Assembly (NCBI GenBank): GCA_045533905.1
Contig: JAZSIR010000001.1
Span: 81,982-145,981, forward strand
Source of the DNA: Clostridia bacterium
GTDB lineage: Bacteria; Bacillota; Clostridia; UMGS1883; UMGS1540
Reading direction: 5' to 3'
DNA: 64,000 bases
Under the pieces are notes generated by a model that had not been told where the DNA came from, made no database searches, and saw only the letters and a list, made by a program, of their open reading frames with translations. The position numbers and the translations under genes were made by a program. Shown in pieces: positions 48,179-59,254 of the stretch (positions are counted from its first letter, which is position 1; every line of letters starts with the position of its first letter).

Positions 48179-48923
48179 CGGTTTCTGCCCCCTTATCCTT
48201 ATAAACACCAAGCGGATAGTATTCCATTACTTCGCTGCCAAGACGCTTCAGCGCTTCTGCCGGCGGCAATGCCCAGTATGTGGGACATGCGGAAAGGACT
48301 TCTACCATAGTAAAGCCTTTTCCTTCCATCTGGTACTGGAATGCCTTTTTAATGGCAGCCTTCGTTTCGCGGATATGCTTTACGCTATCTACTGCGGTAC
48401 GGGCAAGATATGCTGCGCCGCTCGTCTGCGCTAAAAGCTCACAAACGCGAAGCGGATAGCCTTGGGTTTTTACGTCGCGGCCGTAGGGCGAGGTCTGTGT
48501 AACCTGACCTTCAAGCGTGGTGGGTGCCATCTGGCCGCCCGTCATACCGTATACGCCGTTATTTACAAAGATAACGGTAATGTTTTCGCCGCGGGAAGCT
48601 GCGTGTACGGTTTCTGCCGTACCGATAGCGGCAAGGTCGCCGTCGCCCTGATAGGTGAATACGGTTCTATCGGGGAGAGCGCGCTTAATGCCTGTGGCAA
48701 CGGCCGGTGCGCGGCCGTGTGCGGCCTGCTCCATATCACAGCCGAAATAGTTATAGGAAAATACCGAGCAACCAACGGAAGCTACACCAACGGTCTGACC
48801 GACGATACCGAGCTCGTCAATAACCTCCGCAACGAGGCGGTGGATAATGCCGTGTGTACAGCCGGGGCAGTAGTGCAGTTCTACATCGTTGAGTGCCTTC
48901 GGGCGTTCAAATACTTTTGTCAT
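48168..48923 (-). CDS. 2-oxoacid:ferredoxin oxidoreductase beta (TPP-binding) subunit
   Basis: YCPGC.HG, HGRA, GDGD...NN..YGMTGGQ. Confidence 0.94.
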   Translation of the reverse strand: MTKVFERPKALNDVELHYCPGCTHGIIHRLVAEVIDELGIVGQTVGVASVGCSVFSYNYFGCDMEQAAHGRAPAVATGIKRALPDRTVFTYQGDGDLAAIGTAETVHAASRGENITVIFVNNGVYGMTGGQMAPTTLEGQVTQTSPYGRDVKTQGYPLRVCELLAQTSGAAYLARTAVDSVKHIRETKAAIKKAFQYQMEGKGFTMVEVLSACPTYWALPPAEALKRLGSEVMEYYPLGVYKDKGAETDEK

Positions 48924-48924
48924 T

Positions 48925-49986
48925 TTACTTCCCCTCCTTCATTGCGCGAATCGCATCGCAAATTTCGTCCGGTGTGGGTACGATGCCGCCGGTGCGACCG
49001 AAGAAGCTAACCGGCTTTTTGCCGTTTACGGCAAGGCGAACGTCTTCCACCATCTGGCCCATGCTCATTTCAACAGAAAGGAAAGCCTTTGCCGTTTCGG
49101 CAGCCTTTTCAAACGAAGCTGTGGGGAACGGCCAGAGCGTGATGGGACGAATGAGACCTACTTTAATGCCTTCGCCGCGAAGGGTGGCGATAGCCGTTTT
49201 GGCAACACGTGCCATGGTGCCGTAGGCCGCGATTACATAGTCTGCATCTTCGAGCATATACTCTTCGACGCGGACTTCATTCTTTTCTACTTCTTTATAG
49301 CGTTCATAGCGTTCGAGAACGAGCTTTTCAAGGTCCGCTGCTTCAATATACAAAGAGTTAATGATATTGCGCGGGCGCTTCCCTTCTGTGCCGTTTGCAG
49401 CCCATGTCTTTTCCGGAAGTGTGCGGCCTGTTTTGGCGCCGAATTCTACCGGCTCCATCATCTGACCAAGCATACCGTCACCTAAGATCATAACGGGCAT
49501 ACGGTACTGGTCGGCAATATCAAAGGCTTCCTGCGTGATATCTACCAGCTCCTGAATCGAGCTCGGGGCGAATACGATGAGGTGATAGTCACCATGACCG
49601 CCGCCTTTTACCGTCTGGAAATAGTCGCTCTGTGCCGGCTGAATGCCACCGAGACCGGGGCCGCCGCGCACGATGTTTACGATTACACAGGGAAGGTCAC
49701 TACCTACTATGTAGGAAAGACCTTCTTGCTTAAGGCTTATGCCGGGGCTTGAAGACGAGGTCATAACACGGGCACCGGCGCCTGCGGCACCGTAAACCAT
49801 ATTAATTGCGGAAACCTCACTCTCGGCCTGCAGGAATGTACCGCCGACCTTCGGCATACGCTTTGCCATATATGCGGAAACTTCTGTCTGGGGCGTAATC
49901 GGGTATCCGAAGAACAGACGGCATCCTGCCTGGATAGCCGCTTCTGCCAGCGCTTCGTTTCCTTTCATTAAAACTTTATCTGCCAT
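48925..49986 (-). CDS. vorB: 2-oxoacid:ferredoxin oxidoreductase alpha subunit (VorB-type)
   Basis: GNEA, GYPITPQ, QAESE, TSSSSPG, RGGPGLG. Confidence 0.9.
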   Translation of the reverse strand: MADKVLMKGNEALAEAAIQAGCRLFFGYPITPQTEVSAYMAKRMPKVGGTFLQAESEVSAINMVYGAAGAGARVMTSSSSPGISLKQEGLSYIVGSDLPCVIVNIVRGGPGLGGIQPAQSDYFQTVKGGGHGDYHLIVFAPSSIQELVDITQEAFDIADQYRMPVMILGDGMLGQMMEPVEFGAKTGRTLPEKTWAANGTEGKRPRNIINSLYIEAADLEKLVLERYERYKEVEKNEVRVEEYMLEDADYVIAAYGTMARVAKTAIATLRGEGIKVGLIRPITLWPFPTASFEKAAETAKAFLSVEMSMGQMVEDVRLAVNGKKPVSFFGRTGGIVPTPDEICDAIRAMKEGK

Positions 49987-50005
49987 TTTCCTCTTCCTTT
50001 CCTCT

Positions 50006-50218
50006 TTATTTTTCTACCTCGATGACAGCGTCCGGGCAAATGGTGGCGCAGAATGCACAACCGATGCATTCGTCCATCTTTACTACCTCGGCAGGATGGA
50101 AACCCTTCTTATTGAGTCTATCCTGTGCCATCACAACGATGTGCTTCGGGCATACAGTTGTACAAAGTTCGCATCCCTTGCAACGATCCTCTCGAAATGT
50201 TACTTTTGCCATATCCAT
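50006..50218 (-). CDS. 2x[4Fe-4S] ferredoxin (delta subunit)
   Basis: Two CxxCxxCxxxCP motifs. Confidence 0.93.
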   Translation of the reverse strand: MDMAKVTFREDRCKGCELCTTVCPKHIVVMAQDRLNKKGFHPAEVVKMDECIGCAFCATICPDAVIEVEK

Positions 50219-50230
50219 CTTCCTTTCGTA

Positions 50231-50869
50231 TTAAAATGGCGATTTGATATATAATGTAAGCTGCAGAATGGGATTTCCCACTGCCACTTCTATACCCTCT
50301 TTTACTGCCGTATACCCGATGGGTATACCGGTGATTCGGCTGACCTCTTCGGTAACCGCCTGCCCCTCCAAAACGATTTCGGGTGTGGTTTCGGGGCCCA
50401 AATTCGTCGCATTGACAAGACGCGTTACGCGAAGGTGCGACGCCGCCTCAACTTCTCTTAAAATCTCGATGCAGCCTTCAGCTGTTCGCGTGAGCGGACG
50501 CCTTGCATTTATAACGAAGTACATATCATACGGTTCTTTCGAAAAGTAATTTATATACCGCCCGAGTGCGAGCGCGCCGTCCTCATCGCCGCCAACGTCA
50601 AAAAACGCTGTTTCTTCCCCGTTTGCGAAAACCGAGAAAATTTCGCTCGGCAACGCGGGAAGGTCCACATTTGTATTTGCAAAGCGGGGGAGAATTACGC
50701 GCACCCCGCGCTCTGTCAAGATGCTTTTGGCATCCGCGGTGCGGTAATAGGGGTTTACGGTGTCCATATCCACAATCGTGGTTTTGCCCTCGTTTTGCAT
50801 TGCGAGATTTAAGGCAAATTCAGTTTTCCCACTGCCAAAATGGCCGGTGATAATATTTAGTCTTTTCAT
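50231..50869 (-). CDS. P-loop ATP-binding protein associated with vor operons
   Basis: GHFGSGKTE, D.D.VNPY.R, DVGGD..GA. Confidence 0.85.
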   Translation of the reverse strand: MKRLNIITGHFGSGKTEFALNLAMQNEGKTTIVDMDTVNPYYRTADAKSILTERGVRVILPRFANTNVDLPALPSEIFSVFANGEETAFFDVGGDEDGALALGRYINYFSKEPYDMYFVINARRPLTRTAEGCIEILREVEAASHLRVTRLVNATNLGPETTPEIVLEGQAVTEEVSRITGIPIGYTAVKEGIEVAVGNPILQLTLYIKSPF

Positions 50870-50988
50870 AATAATTTAGTATAGCACAACGTCTTCTAAA
50901 AGTCAACCGCTTTAGACGGAAAAACCCAAAAATATTGACTTTTTCCCCTTTCTTATGGTACAATATCAAAAGCAAAGGAGGCAAAAAT

Positions 50989-51426
50989 ATGCGACTTATA
51001 TTGCAGCGTGTAAAAAATGCGGCCGTTTCGGTAGAGGGTGAAGTGGTCGGTGCCATAAATCACGGGCTTATGGCCCTTTTAGGCGTAGGGCAGGAGGATA
51101 CAAAGGAAACGGCGGACTGGCTTTTACAAAAACTTTCCGTACTCCGTCTTTTTGAAGACGAAAACGGAAAGACCAATCTTTCCCTTCGGGATATCGGAGG
51201 CGAGCTTTTAGTCGTTTCCCAGTTTACTTTATATGCAGACTGTCAAAAAGGCAGCCGGCCCAGCTTTACAGAAGCTGCACCGCCTGCCCTTGCAAACGAA
51301 CTTTACGAATATTTTGTTGCCGGCTGCCGCGAGATTTTTCCCACGGTAGAAACCGGCGAATTTGGTGCGCACATGGAAATTTCCATGCTTTGTGACGGTC
51401 CTTTCACCGTCACGCTCTCCCGTTAA
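50989..51426 (+). CDS. dtd: D-aminoacyl-tRNA deacylase
   Basis: QRV..A.V, SQFTL, RPSF, FGA.M, DGP.T; AGGAGG RBS. Confidence 0.95.
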   Translation: MRLILQRVKNAAVSVEGEVVGAINHGLMALLGVGQEDTKETADWLLQKLSVLRLFEDENGKTNLSLRDIGGELLVVSQFTLYADCQKGSRPSFTEAAPPALANELYEYFVAGCREIFPTVETGEFGAHMEISMLCDGPFTVTLSR

Positions 51427-52091
51427 AGCTCTAAAGACTTCACGAAAGTGCAACCCCTAAATACCGTCATCAAATCCACGGGGTTGAATTTGCCGGGGAT
51501 TCTGGTCAGGATATCCAAAGAAAGGTCGCCGTTTTTCTCAACTTCCATACGGATGTTTGTCACTTCAATCCCATTCTGTTCCAAAAGTGCCTGCACTTCT
51601 TTTATGGCATCTTCGTTGTTTACAACTGTCATACGAATCTGCTCACCTGTGGGGATATGTAAAATCTTCCAGTTCTTATGCAGGAAAACTTGGGCAAACA
51701 AAATAACGAGCGTGCCTAAAATACCGAGAATGTACATACCGCCGCCAATCGCCATACCGATTGCGGAAATGGCCCAGATACCGGCAGCTGTGGTAAGACC
51801 GTTTATGGTGTACTTTCTTACGAAGATCATGCCTGCGCCAAGGAAACCGACACCGGAAACAACGGAAGCTGCAACACGCGATACGTCAACCGAGTGACCG
51901 GGAAGCGTTGTAACATCTATAAAGGCGTATTTTGAAACAATCATTACGAGTGCCGCCGCTACCGCTACAATAAAGTGTGTACGGATACCGGCCTCTTTCA
52001 TACGGCTCTTTCTCTCGTACCCTACAACTGCGCCGCAGATACCGGCGAGTAAGAGTCTACCCAAAAACTCCAATTCCATTTGCCAAAACAT
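51423..52091 (-). CDS. MgtC/SapB family protein
   Basis: GYER....[25 protein letters not shown]. Confidence 0.92.
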   Translation of the reverse strand: MFWQMELEFLGRLLLAGICGAVVGYERKSRMKEAGIRTHFIVAVAAALVMIVSKYAFIDVTTLPGHSVDVSRVAASVVSGVGFLGAGMIFVRKYTINGLTTAAGIWAISAIGMAIGGGMYILGILGTLVILFAQVFLHKNWKILHIPTGEQIRMTVVNNEDAIKEVQALLEQNGIEVTNIRMEVEKNGDLSLDILTRIPGKFNPVDLMTVFRGCTFVKSLEL

Positions 52092-52184
52092 TTTTTTGGC
52101 CTCCTTTTTTTGAGAATAATATTCATTCTACTATATTACCCTGTCTCTGTCAAGCATTTTATTGGCATTTTAAAATAAAATAGG

Positions 52185-52223
52185 AAAAACCGTAAGGAAA
52201 TGTTTCCATTTCCTTACGGTTTT
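52185..52223 (-). terminator. Intrinsic terminator
   Basis: AAAAACCGTAAGGAAATG / CATTTCCTTACGGTTTTT. Confidence 0.8.
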
Positions 52224-52238
52224 GCTTTTATATGGGTT

Positions 52239-53048
52239 TCAGTTGCAAGCACAACCGCAGTCGTCCGTATTTTCCCCACGAAGCGGCGGGAAAAATTCAT
52301 CTACGGGGAAATTCAGTTTTTCGAAAATTTCGCAGGGATTGCTTTCCGTCGATGTCTTACATTCTTTATCGGGCACACAGAAATCGTATGCCGGAATCAG
52401 AAGCTGGACATCCCGCATAAGCTTTACAATGGAGAAAAGACCAAGGGATATATATACGCGTTTTTCCTCGCCCGACAAAACCAGTGCATCGTCAAAAAGC
52501 CTCTGCACGCTCCCGGGTACATTTTCCATATCGACTTCGCACCCCGTGCCGCCGGCACAGCCGCAGCCGCACGGATCGCAAGCTTCTACGAGCTTTGCGG
52601 AAAGAACGATGGGGTCAATTGCCGAAACAACGGCTTTCGGGAGATTTGTACGGCGCCAGTCGGAAAGGTCTTCCTCGTACGTGCCGTCCGGTGTGGATGT
52701 AAAAATCTTGGAGCTTCCTTCCGACCCGAAAAGCACAACCTTTTTGTCGTATGTGGCAAGACCGCATACGCGTGTGGGCGAGCACATATTCGTGTACACA
52801 TCGAGCGTGATTTTGAAGAAGAACTTCATATCCACCGTGTAAAAGCCCTTATTGAACGGCACCGGTTCCACCGTGGGGAATACCCAGATAAGCTCTGCCG
52901 AATTCGACTTTACACTCACCGCGCGGTCCACAAGGCTCTGCCCCGGGCCGCATAGGTACACGCGCAGGTTTTCCACACATTCCTTATCCCTGCAGGAATC
53001 ATAAATTTGTTCGGTTTGTATGCAAACAGCTTCTTTGCAGTTTTCCAT
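52239..53048 (-). CDS. Cys-rich clostridial protein, probable spore coat-associated
   Basis: CI....IYDSC..KEC, YISLGLFSIVKL.R.VQLLIPAYDFC.P.KEC, FPVDEFFP. Confidence 0.7.
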   Translation of the reverse strand: MENCKEAVCIQTEQIYDSCRDKECVENLRVYLCGPGQSLVDRAVSVKSNSAELIWVFPTVEPVPFNKGFYTVDMKFFFKITLDVYTNMCSPTRVCGLATYDKKVVLFGSEGSSKIFTSTPDGTYEEDLSDWRRTNLPKAVVSAIDPIVLSAKLVEACDPCGCGCAGGTGCEVDMENVPGSVQRLFDDALVLSGEEKRVYISLGLFSIVKLMRDVQLLIPAYDFCVPDKECKTSTESNPCEIFEKLNFPVDEFFPPLRGENTDDCGCACN

Positions 53049-53085
53049 ACCGATATACCTCCTCCTTTTATGTGGGTTTCACTAC

Positions 53086-53113
53086 ATTGTATGGAGGCAT
53101 TTCGGTTTTTGTT
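53086..53113 (-). promoter_or_regulatory. Mother-cell sporulation (SigK/SigE-like) promoter
   Basis: AACA-N16-CATACAAT upstream of Cys-rich gene. Confidence 0.55.
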
Positions 53114-53169
53114 CGGTTTTTCCTGCAAAAACAAAAATAGGACAGACAAGAGTCTGTCCCTTTTTTTAC

Positions 53170-54255
53170 TTACACGTTGAAGCGGAATACGACGACGTCG
53201 CCGTCCTGCATCACATATTCCTTGCCTTCGCTTCGAATAAGGCCTTTTTCTTTGGCCGCCGTGGTGCCGCCGAGCTCTACGAGCGTATCGTACCCGATAA
53301 CCTCGGCACGGATAAAGCCACGTTCAAAGTCCGAGTGAATTTTGCCTGCCGCGCCGGGCGCTTTTGTGCCGCGCGTAATCGTCCACGCGCGCACTTCCTT
53401 GGGGCCCGCCGTGAGGAAGCTTATAAGACCGAGGAGCGAGTAGCTCTTTTCGACGAGGCGGTCAAGCCCCGAGGCGGAAAGGCCCATTTCCTCTAAAAAC
53501 ATCTGTTTTTCTTCGCCCGAAAGGTCGGCAATTTCTTCTTCTATTTTCGCAGAAATCGGCAATACCTCGGCGTGCTCCGCCTTTGCGATTTCAGAGAGCT
53601 CATCCATATAGGGGTTATTCTGAAGCCCGTCTTCCGAAACATTGGCCGCGTAAATGACCGGTTTTATGGTCAGAAGTGCAATCTCTTTAAGAATCTCTTC
53701 TTCCTCTTCCGAAAACGTCATACTTCTTGCAGGAAGCCCCTTTTCAAGTGTTTCGATAATGCGAGAGAGAAGCGCGGCTTCCGTGGCATACTTCTTCTCG
53801 CCCGTTTTCACCATTTTAGAAACTCTTTCATAGCGCTTTGTGACCATTTCAAGGTCAGCAAAAATGAGTTCTAAATTGATTGTTTCCGTATCACGCCTGG
53901 GGCTTACGCTACCGTCTACGTGCACAATATTGCTGTCGTCAAAGCAGCGTACCACGTGCACAATGGCATCCACCTCGCGAATGTGCGCTAAGAACTTGTT
54001 GCCGAGGCCTTCCCCGCGGGATGCGCCTTTTACGAGGCCTGCGATATCTACAAATTCTATATAGGCAGGTGTAACCTTCTCAGGGGTATACATCTCTGCC
54101 AGAACATCGAGGCGCTTATCCGGCACCGCTACCACACCCACATTCGGCTCAATTGTACAGAACGGGTAGTTTGCAGCCCCTGCGCCTGCGTGTGTAATTG
54201 CATTGAAAAGTGTGCTCTTCCCTACATTCGGGAGCCCCACTATACCAAGCTTCAT
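53170..54255 (-). CDS. ychF: Redox-regulated ATPase YchF
   Basis: [42 protein letters not shown]. Confidence 0.97.
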   Translation of the reverse strand: MKLGIVGLPNVGKSTLFNAITHAGAGAANYPFCTIEPNVGVVAVPDKRLDVLAEMYTPEKVTPAYIEFVDIAGLVKGASRGEGLGNKFLAHIREVDAIVHVVRCFDDSNIVHVDGSVSPRRDTETINLELIFADLEMVTKRYERVSKMVKTGEKKYATEAALLSRIIETLEKGLPARSMTFSEEEEEILKEIALLTIKPVIYAANVSEDGLQNNPYMDELSEIAKAEHAEVLPISAKIEEEIADLSGEEKQMFLEEMGLSASGLDRLVEKSYSLLGLISFLTAGPKEVRAWTITRGTKAPGAAGKIHSDFERGFIRAEVIGYDTLVELGGTTAAKEKGLIRSEGKEYVMQDGDVVVFRFNV

Positions 54256-54285
54256 ATGTTTTCTCTCCTTGTTTCCCTTCCGGGA

Positions 54286-55140
54286 CTATTCTGTCGGTTT
54301 TTCAAAGGATATGCGGCCAAGGCGTGCGCCACGACATTCGTCTACCAGAACATTTGCAGCTCTTTCCGTATCCGGCTCGCCGCCCGAAATGCGGAATTTT
54401 CGCTTGTCTGCCAAAAGGCATAAAAGGCCGTAGCCGTCAAGATCCTCTATCTCGTCCATACCATACCGCTCTAAAAGCGCCGCGGGATACTGCGCGCGCA
54501 GGAACAGAAGAAGCTCTACCGCGAGTTCTTCCATATCGAACACGGTATCACGAATGGCGCCGCAAAAGGCAAGATTTCGCCCTTCGTTTTCCCCTTCGAA
54601 TTTCTGCCAGAGCATACCGGGCGTATCGAGAAGCTCGTACCCGTTTCGAAGCGTGACCCATTGCTTGCCGGTGGTGACGCCGGGGCGGTCCCCCGTTTTG
54701 GCGCTGGCACGGCCCGAAAGGTTATTGATAAAGGTAGACTTCCCTACATTCGGGATGCCCGTAATCATCATACGGACCGGGCGGCCCTGCATATTTTTTT
54801 CGGCACGGCGCAAAAGAAGCTCACGAAGAGCCGCTTCCACCGCATCCATTACATTTTTCCAGATTTTTTCGTCGCGACTGTTGACGAAAACGACGCTCTG
54901 CCCACATTTTGCATAGTGCTTTTTCCAGAGGGCGTTTACCGCCGGATCTGCAAGATCTGCCTTGTTGAGAACAAGCACCCGCGGCTTGTTTCCTAAAAGC
55001 GTATGCAAATATGGGTTACGGCTTGACAGTGGAATACGCGCATCGGCGATTTCCACCACCACATCCGTAAGTTTTAAGTTTTCTGTGATGAGACGCGCCG
55101 TTTTGGCCATATGGCCAGGAAACCACTGAATCTGCATCAC
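54286..55140 (-). CDS. rbgA: Ribosome biogenesis GTPase RbgA/YlqF
   Basis: IQWFPGHM, DAR.P, NKADL, GIPNVGKS, DTPG. Confidence 0.96.
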   Translation of the reverse strand: MMQIQWFPGHMAKTARLITENLKLTDVVVEIADARIPLSSRNPYLHTLLGNKPRVLVLNKADLADPAVNALWKKHYAKCGQSVVFVNSRDEKIWKNVMDAVEAALRELLLRRAEKNMQGRPVRMMITGIPNVGKSTFINNLSGRASAKTGDRPGVTTGKQWVTLRNGYELLDTPGMLWQKFEGENEGRNLAFCGAIRDTVFDMEELAVELLLFLRAQYPAALLERYGMDEIEDLDGYGLLCLLADKRKFRISGGEPDTERAANVLVDECRGARLGRISFEKPTE

Positions 55141-55685
55141 GGTTTGCCTATGCGGCTAAAGGGCCAAATGCGAAATACGGCTTCGCCAAGCACGTGTTCA
55201 TAGGGAATGAAGCCTACACTCGCATCGCGGCTGTCGCGGCTGTTGGGGCGGTTATCACCCATAACAAACACGTGGCCTTCCGGCACGGTATATTCCGCTT
55301 CCCCGATATTCTGTGCATAGAAGTCAGAGCTGATATACGCTTCTTCCTCTATGACGTCGTTTACATATAAGGTAACGCTCCCGTCTGTTTCTGTCTCAAA
55401 GGCCAGTTTATCCCCGGGCATACCGATAATACGCTTAATATAGGGCGCACCGCTGCCGTTATCAGGATCCACAACGACAATGTCACCTGCAGAAGGTTCA
55501 TAGCCGAGGCGAATCATCACAAGGCGTTCACCGTGTGCCAGCGTCGGGTCCATAGAAGCGCCGTCCACGCGCACAAGCGTGAACACAAAGTTTCTGAGGA
55601 TGTAGGTGATGATGAGCGCCACCAGAATACAGGCTATCCATTCCAGTATTTCACGGGCAATGCTCTTTTTTTCTCTTTCTTCCAT
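55137..55685 (-). CDS. lepB: Signal peptidase I
   Basis: G.SM.PTL, YIKRIIG.PGD, FVMGDNR.NS.DSR. Confidence 0.95.
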   Translation of the reverse strand: MEEREKKSIAREILEWIACILVALIITYILRNFVFTLVRVDGASMDPTLAHGERLVMIRLGYEPSAGDIVVVDPDNGSGAPYIKRIIGMPGDKLAFETETDGSVTLYVNDVIEEEAYISSDFYAQNIGEAEYTVPEGHVFVMGDNRPNSRDSRDASVGFIPYEHVLGEAVFRIWPFSRIGKP

Positions 55686-55738
55686 TTCGCTTACCTCCCG
55701 ATATTGAAAAAGGGACACAAACGGTCCCTTTTACAATC

Positions 55739-56080
55739 TTATAAACGTTCTTTAACTTTGGCTGCCTTACCAACTCTGCCGCGCAGGTAGTAAAGCTTCG
55801 CACGACGAACCTTACCGTGACGGATTACGTCAATCTTATCAATGTTCGGCGAATGGAGCGGGAAAATCTTTTCTACGCCAACACCGGAAGCAATTCTTCT
55901 TACTGTGATGGTTTCGCTGATTCCGCCGTTCTTTCTGGCAATCAGAGTGCCTTCAAACATCTGGATTCTTTCTTTGTTACCTTCTTTGACCTTGAGGTGA
56001 AGACGAATCGTATCACCGATTTCAAGCACAGGCAGGTCAGTTCTGAGCTGTTCATTCGTAATTGCGCGAATGGTATCCAT
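55739..56080 (-). CDS. rplS: 50S ribosomal protein L19
   Basis: [35 protein letters not shown]. Confidence 0.98.
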   Translation of the reverse strand: MDTIRAITNEQLRTDLPVLEIGDTIRLHLKVKEGNKERIQMFEGTLIARKNGGISETITVRRIASGVGVEKIFPLHSPNIDKIDVIRHGKVRRAKLYYLRGRVGKAAKVKERL

Positions 56081-56101
56081 TTTGTTTCCTCTCTTTCTTT
56101 A

Positions 56102-56143
56102 GGCATTCATGGACACAATTTCTTTGTTCGCAGAGGAATACCC
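56102..56143 (-). promoter_or_regulatory. L19 ribosomal leader (autoregulatory hairpin)
   Basis: GGUAUUC-CUCUG...AUGAAUGCC hairpin between promoter TTGCAT-17-TATAAT (56160-56188) and rplS RBS. Confidence 0.6.
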
Positions 56144-56205
56144 ATAATCACAGTATGTCATTATAGCATACTTTTTTTCAAAATGCAAGCATTTTCCAAA
56201 TTTTT

Positions 56206-57099
56206 TTATTTTTCTTTTATTTCGATAAGGTCTTCTGCATCGCCGCTGTCTCTTCTGTACTCAAGTGGAGACATCCCCACAATCTTCTTAAACTGCTTAC
56301 TGAAGGCTGCCGCATCCGTATACCCGAGCACAATGCCGATTTCGCCGATGGAGAGGCTTGTCTGTGACAAAAGCTCCTTTGCGCGGCTGGTGCGCACCCG
56401 GATTTTATACGCGTGCGGTGATACGCCTACCACATCCTTGAAAACGCGCATAAAGTAGTATTTACTGAGGTTACACATTTTGGCATATTCTTCATTGTCC
56501 GTATCGTCAAAATAGTGATGATTAATATGCTCAATAACGCTCTGCACATCCGCATACCGTTTATCCGGCAGGTCCGATTTCTCTTCCGCAACGCGAAGGG
56601 ACATAGCCGAAAGAAGGTGCACCAGATGCCGGTTTGCATAGAGTTCATAGTTTTCACGCTGTACCTGCAGTTCCCCGATGATGCTCCGCATAATACCACA
56701 GACCGTTTCCGACTTGCCGATGCGAAAAATGTTGCCACTTGTAAAACCGAGCCCCGCAAGAAGGTCCTCAACCCCGCGGCCGGCAAAATGAATCCAGTAG
56801 ACCTCCGGCATATCTTCTCCGTGGTAAATATACATCTGTGGCTCCAGGGGCCGGTACAGAACCATTTCGCCCTCTTCCACCCATTTCTTCTCGCCATTTA
56901 AGATGATCTGAATTCTGTTTTTGGTGACGTACAGAATATTATAGTCCGTGCGACCCGTGGGGCGTATGCTCTGGTAAGTATAGTTTGCCACCTGATAGTA
57001 GCCGCAGATGTTCACGGAGAGATAGGCGTAACTGGTACGCCCCTTCTCGTCCCTTTCTGCATCATATAAAGCGTTTTTCCCTACATTTTCAATGCGCAT
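56206..57099 (-). CDS. AraC family transcriptional regulator
   Basis: N-terminal cupin (YWIHF.G), C-terminal LS.YYF.R.FK, GY.D...FSKQFKK..G.SP.EYR. Confidence 0.93.
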   Translation of the reverse strand: MRIENVGKNALYDAERDEKGRTSYAYLSVNICGYYQVANYTYQSIRPTGRTDYNILYVTKNRIQIILNGEKKWVEEGEMVLYRPLEPQMYIYHGEDMPEVYWIHFAGRGVEDLLAGLGFTSGNIFRIGKSETVCGIMRSIIGELQVQRENYELYANRHLVHLLSAMSLRVAEEKSDLPDKRYADVQSVIEHINHHYFDDTDNEEYAKMCNLSKYYFMRVFKDVVGVSPHAYKIRVRTSRAKELLSQTSLSIGEIGIVLGYTDAAAFSKQFKKIVGMSPLEYRRDSGDAEDLIEIKEK

Positions 57100-57122
57100 G
57101 ACGGTTCCCCCGTTTTCGCTTG

Positions 57123-59240
57123 TTATTTATGTTCTTTATACCCGAGTGCAAAGAGAATGACACTCTGTTCCTTATCGTGTGTGGTGCTTATCGGACGGAT
57201 GCGCACAATCTTTTTCTCCGGATACGGATTCTTCCATTCGTATACGTAGGCCGTTTTGCCGTCGTCGACAATTGTGTCTGCAAAGTACAACAGAGATGTC
57301 ATCCAGCCGTCTGCAACCTTTCTGTGCGGTGCAATCGCTTCGGCGTTTTCTACTTCGTCATCAATTTCTGCCGTACGTTCTCCGAGATAGCGTACCTGCC
57401 GCTCGTAAGACATAGCCACGTCGCCTGCGGTGATGCCGTATGTAGCATTTGCAAGCTCTCTTGTGCCGTCTTCATACAGAATTTCGTGTGTGGCGGCCGA
57501 CCAGCGCGGCATATTGACGCAGTAATAACTCGAGTCCGACATCGGGGATTCATCCCAATGCGCGGTATTGATAAAGCTATAGCTCATAAAGTGCTGTTCC
57601 GGCTTTTTGAAAGCTTCGCAAAGCACCAGGCTGTCAGCATAAATATCGGTATCAAACAGCAGGTGCGTGGTATCTACCGGAACGCCCGAAAGATTGCCAA
57701 ATGTGTTAAGAACCGCCTTGGCATTTTCACCGCAAGCGGCGGCTTTTTCACAGGAAATGGCATATTCGCCGCTTTCTGCTTTATACAGGGCCTTGACGGG
57801 CACATTGTTTGCTTTCTTGCCGCACATCACTTCGCGTACCTTTTCGGCATGTTCCATGGCGTTTTTCAGGTATACATCGTAGACAGCATCGCTGTATTCG
57901 TCGCCCCAGAAAATCTGCGACGAGAAAATCATATCAAAGAGAACACCGTTTCTGCCAAGCGTAAATTCATCCGGCGTACACCAAGTGGAAATTTCGGCGC
58001 CTTCTACATTCTTAGAACGGATATCCCAGTTGCCGAAGGTGATGCCCCAGAAATTGCCAAACCAAACTTCATGGCCCGGTGCTTTGTAGTGTTCTTCTGT
58101 GTTATGGCCTACGCTATGGTGCCAATCGAGCATAATGATATCACGCGGCAGTGTGTCAAGTGCCTGATTCATGCGAAGCATTCTGTAGGGTCTTCCGTAG
58201 TCATCCACACGGTCGATGGAATAGAGAGAATCGTCAGCCGACGGCGCACAGCTTTCGCACCACATCATAATGCGGATGCCGCGCTCGGCATAAAAATCGT
58301 GCAGTTTATTGATTTCATAGGAAAGAATTTCATGCCCTGTCTTACCCTTGCAACGCGGACATTCGCCCATAATACGGATTTCGTCATGCCCGATAGACAC
58401 GATTTCCGGTTCGAAAACGGAAATAACTTCTTCGGCCACATCAAAATACAATTTATAGCTTTCCTCGTTCATCGGGCAATATGTATCCGGGAAAAGATCT
58501 TCGGGACATTCCGCGATTTCCGGATGCGAAAGTGTTAAATAATACGCATGGCTGAGTGCCTGAATTTCCGGAATGACAACAAGGCCAAGGTCTTTTGCAT
58601 ACTGCACAAGGTCACGAAGCGCTTCCTGCGGGAGAATCTGCCCTCTTGCCTGTTCGTAGTGTGTGCTGTCCTTCCAGTACTTATCCGACCACTGGAAGTT
58701 CTGCGGGCCGCCCGGGAATTTATTGACAATCATATCTACAAAATTCAGCCAGCCGCGGTTGATTTCGGGATGCTTTTTGTATTCCATACCACCGCCGACC
58801 TCGATAATAACAGTGTTGAATTTGAGGTAGCTAAGTACATCAAAAAGGCGCTTGCATTCATCCATATATTCCATGGCAGGCATGTAAAGATGGATGCCGC
58901 GGTATTTTTTGTACGGTGCATCGGAAATGCTTGCGCACGGCACATTGCCTTCTGCATCTATGCACTGCGAAAGTGTTTCGGCGGCGTTTACGTAGCCGCG
59001 TCTCGAGGATGCGGTGATTTCAATTTTTTCGGGTGTGATTTCTATTGCATAGGCTTCCTTTTCCCCTTCTTTATAGGAAAACGTAACCGCGCCTTCCTTT
59101 CCCACCTTGGCACCTGCGCGTGCGGCCAGAATTTCAGCGGCGCGCGTAGCCTCGGGGCAAAGCGCGGAAATGGTGGCGCCTTTGAGGGCAAAATACCCAT
59201 TCAATGCCTTTACCGATTGCGGTTTCGGAAAAATATTCAT
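57123..59240 (-). CDS. GH20 beta-N-acetylhexosaminidase-like protein
   Basis: IFPKP, E.Y.I, I.DAP...YRG.H, IPEIQ.L.H, IGHDE. Confidence 0.85.
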   Translation of the reverse strand: MNIFPKPQSVKALNGYFALKGATISALCPEATRAAEILAARAGAKVGKEGAVTFSYKEGEKEAYAIEITPEKIEITASSRRGYVNAAETLSQCIDAEGNVPCASISDAPYKKYRGIHLYMPAMEYMDECKRLFDVLSYLKFNTVIIEVGGGMEYKKHPEINRGWLNFVDMIVNKFPGGPQNFQWSDKYWKDSTHYEQARGQILPQEALRDLVQYAKDLGLVVIPEIQALSHAYYLTLSHPEIAECPEDLFPDTYCPMNEESYKLYFDVAEEVISVFEPEIVSIGHDEIRIMGECPRCKGKTGHEILSYEINKLHDFYAERGIRIMMWCESCAPSADDSLYSIDRVDDYGRPYRMLRMNQALDTLPRDIIMLDWHHSVGHNTEEHYKAPGHEVWFGNFWGITFGNWDIRSKNVEGAEISTWCTPDEFTLGRNGVLFDMIFSSQIFWGDEYSDAVYDVYLKNAMEHAEKVREVMCGKKANNVPVKALYKAESGEYAISCEKAAACGENAKAVLNTFGNLSGVPVDTTHLLFDTDIYADSLVLCEAFKKPEQHFMSYSFINTAHWDESPMSDSSYYCVNMPRWSAATHEILYEDGTRELANATYGITAGDVAMSYERQVRYLGERTAEIDDEVENAEAIAPHRKVADGWMTSLLYFADTIVDDGKTAYVYEWKNPYPEKKIVRIRPISTTHDKEQSVILFALGYKEHK

Positions 59241-59254
59241 TGGTGTTCTCTCCT

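Noticed and set aside
57120-58538. Long plus-strand ORFs (also 2130-3209, 17041-18108, 28803-29819, 33904-35082, 60881-62035)
   Set aside because: Antisense shadows of well-supported minus-strand genes with no recognisable motifs.
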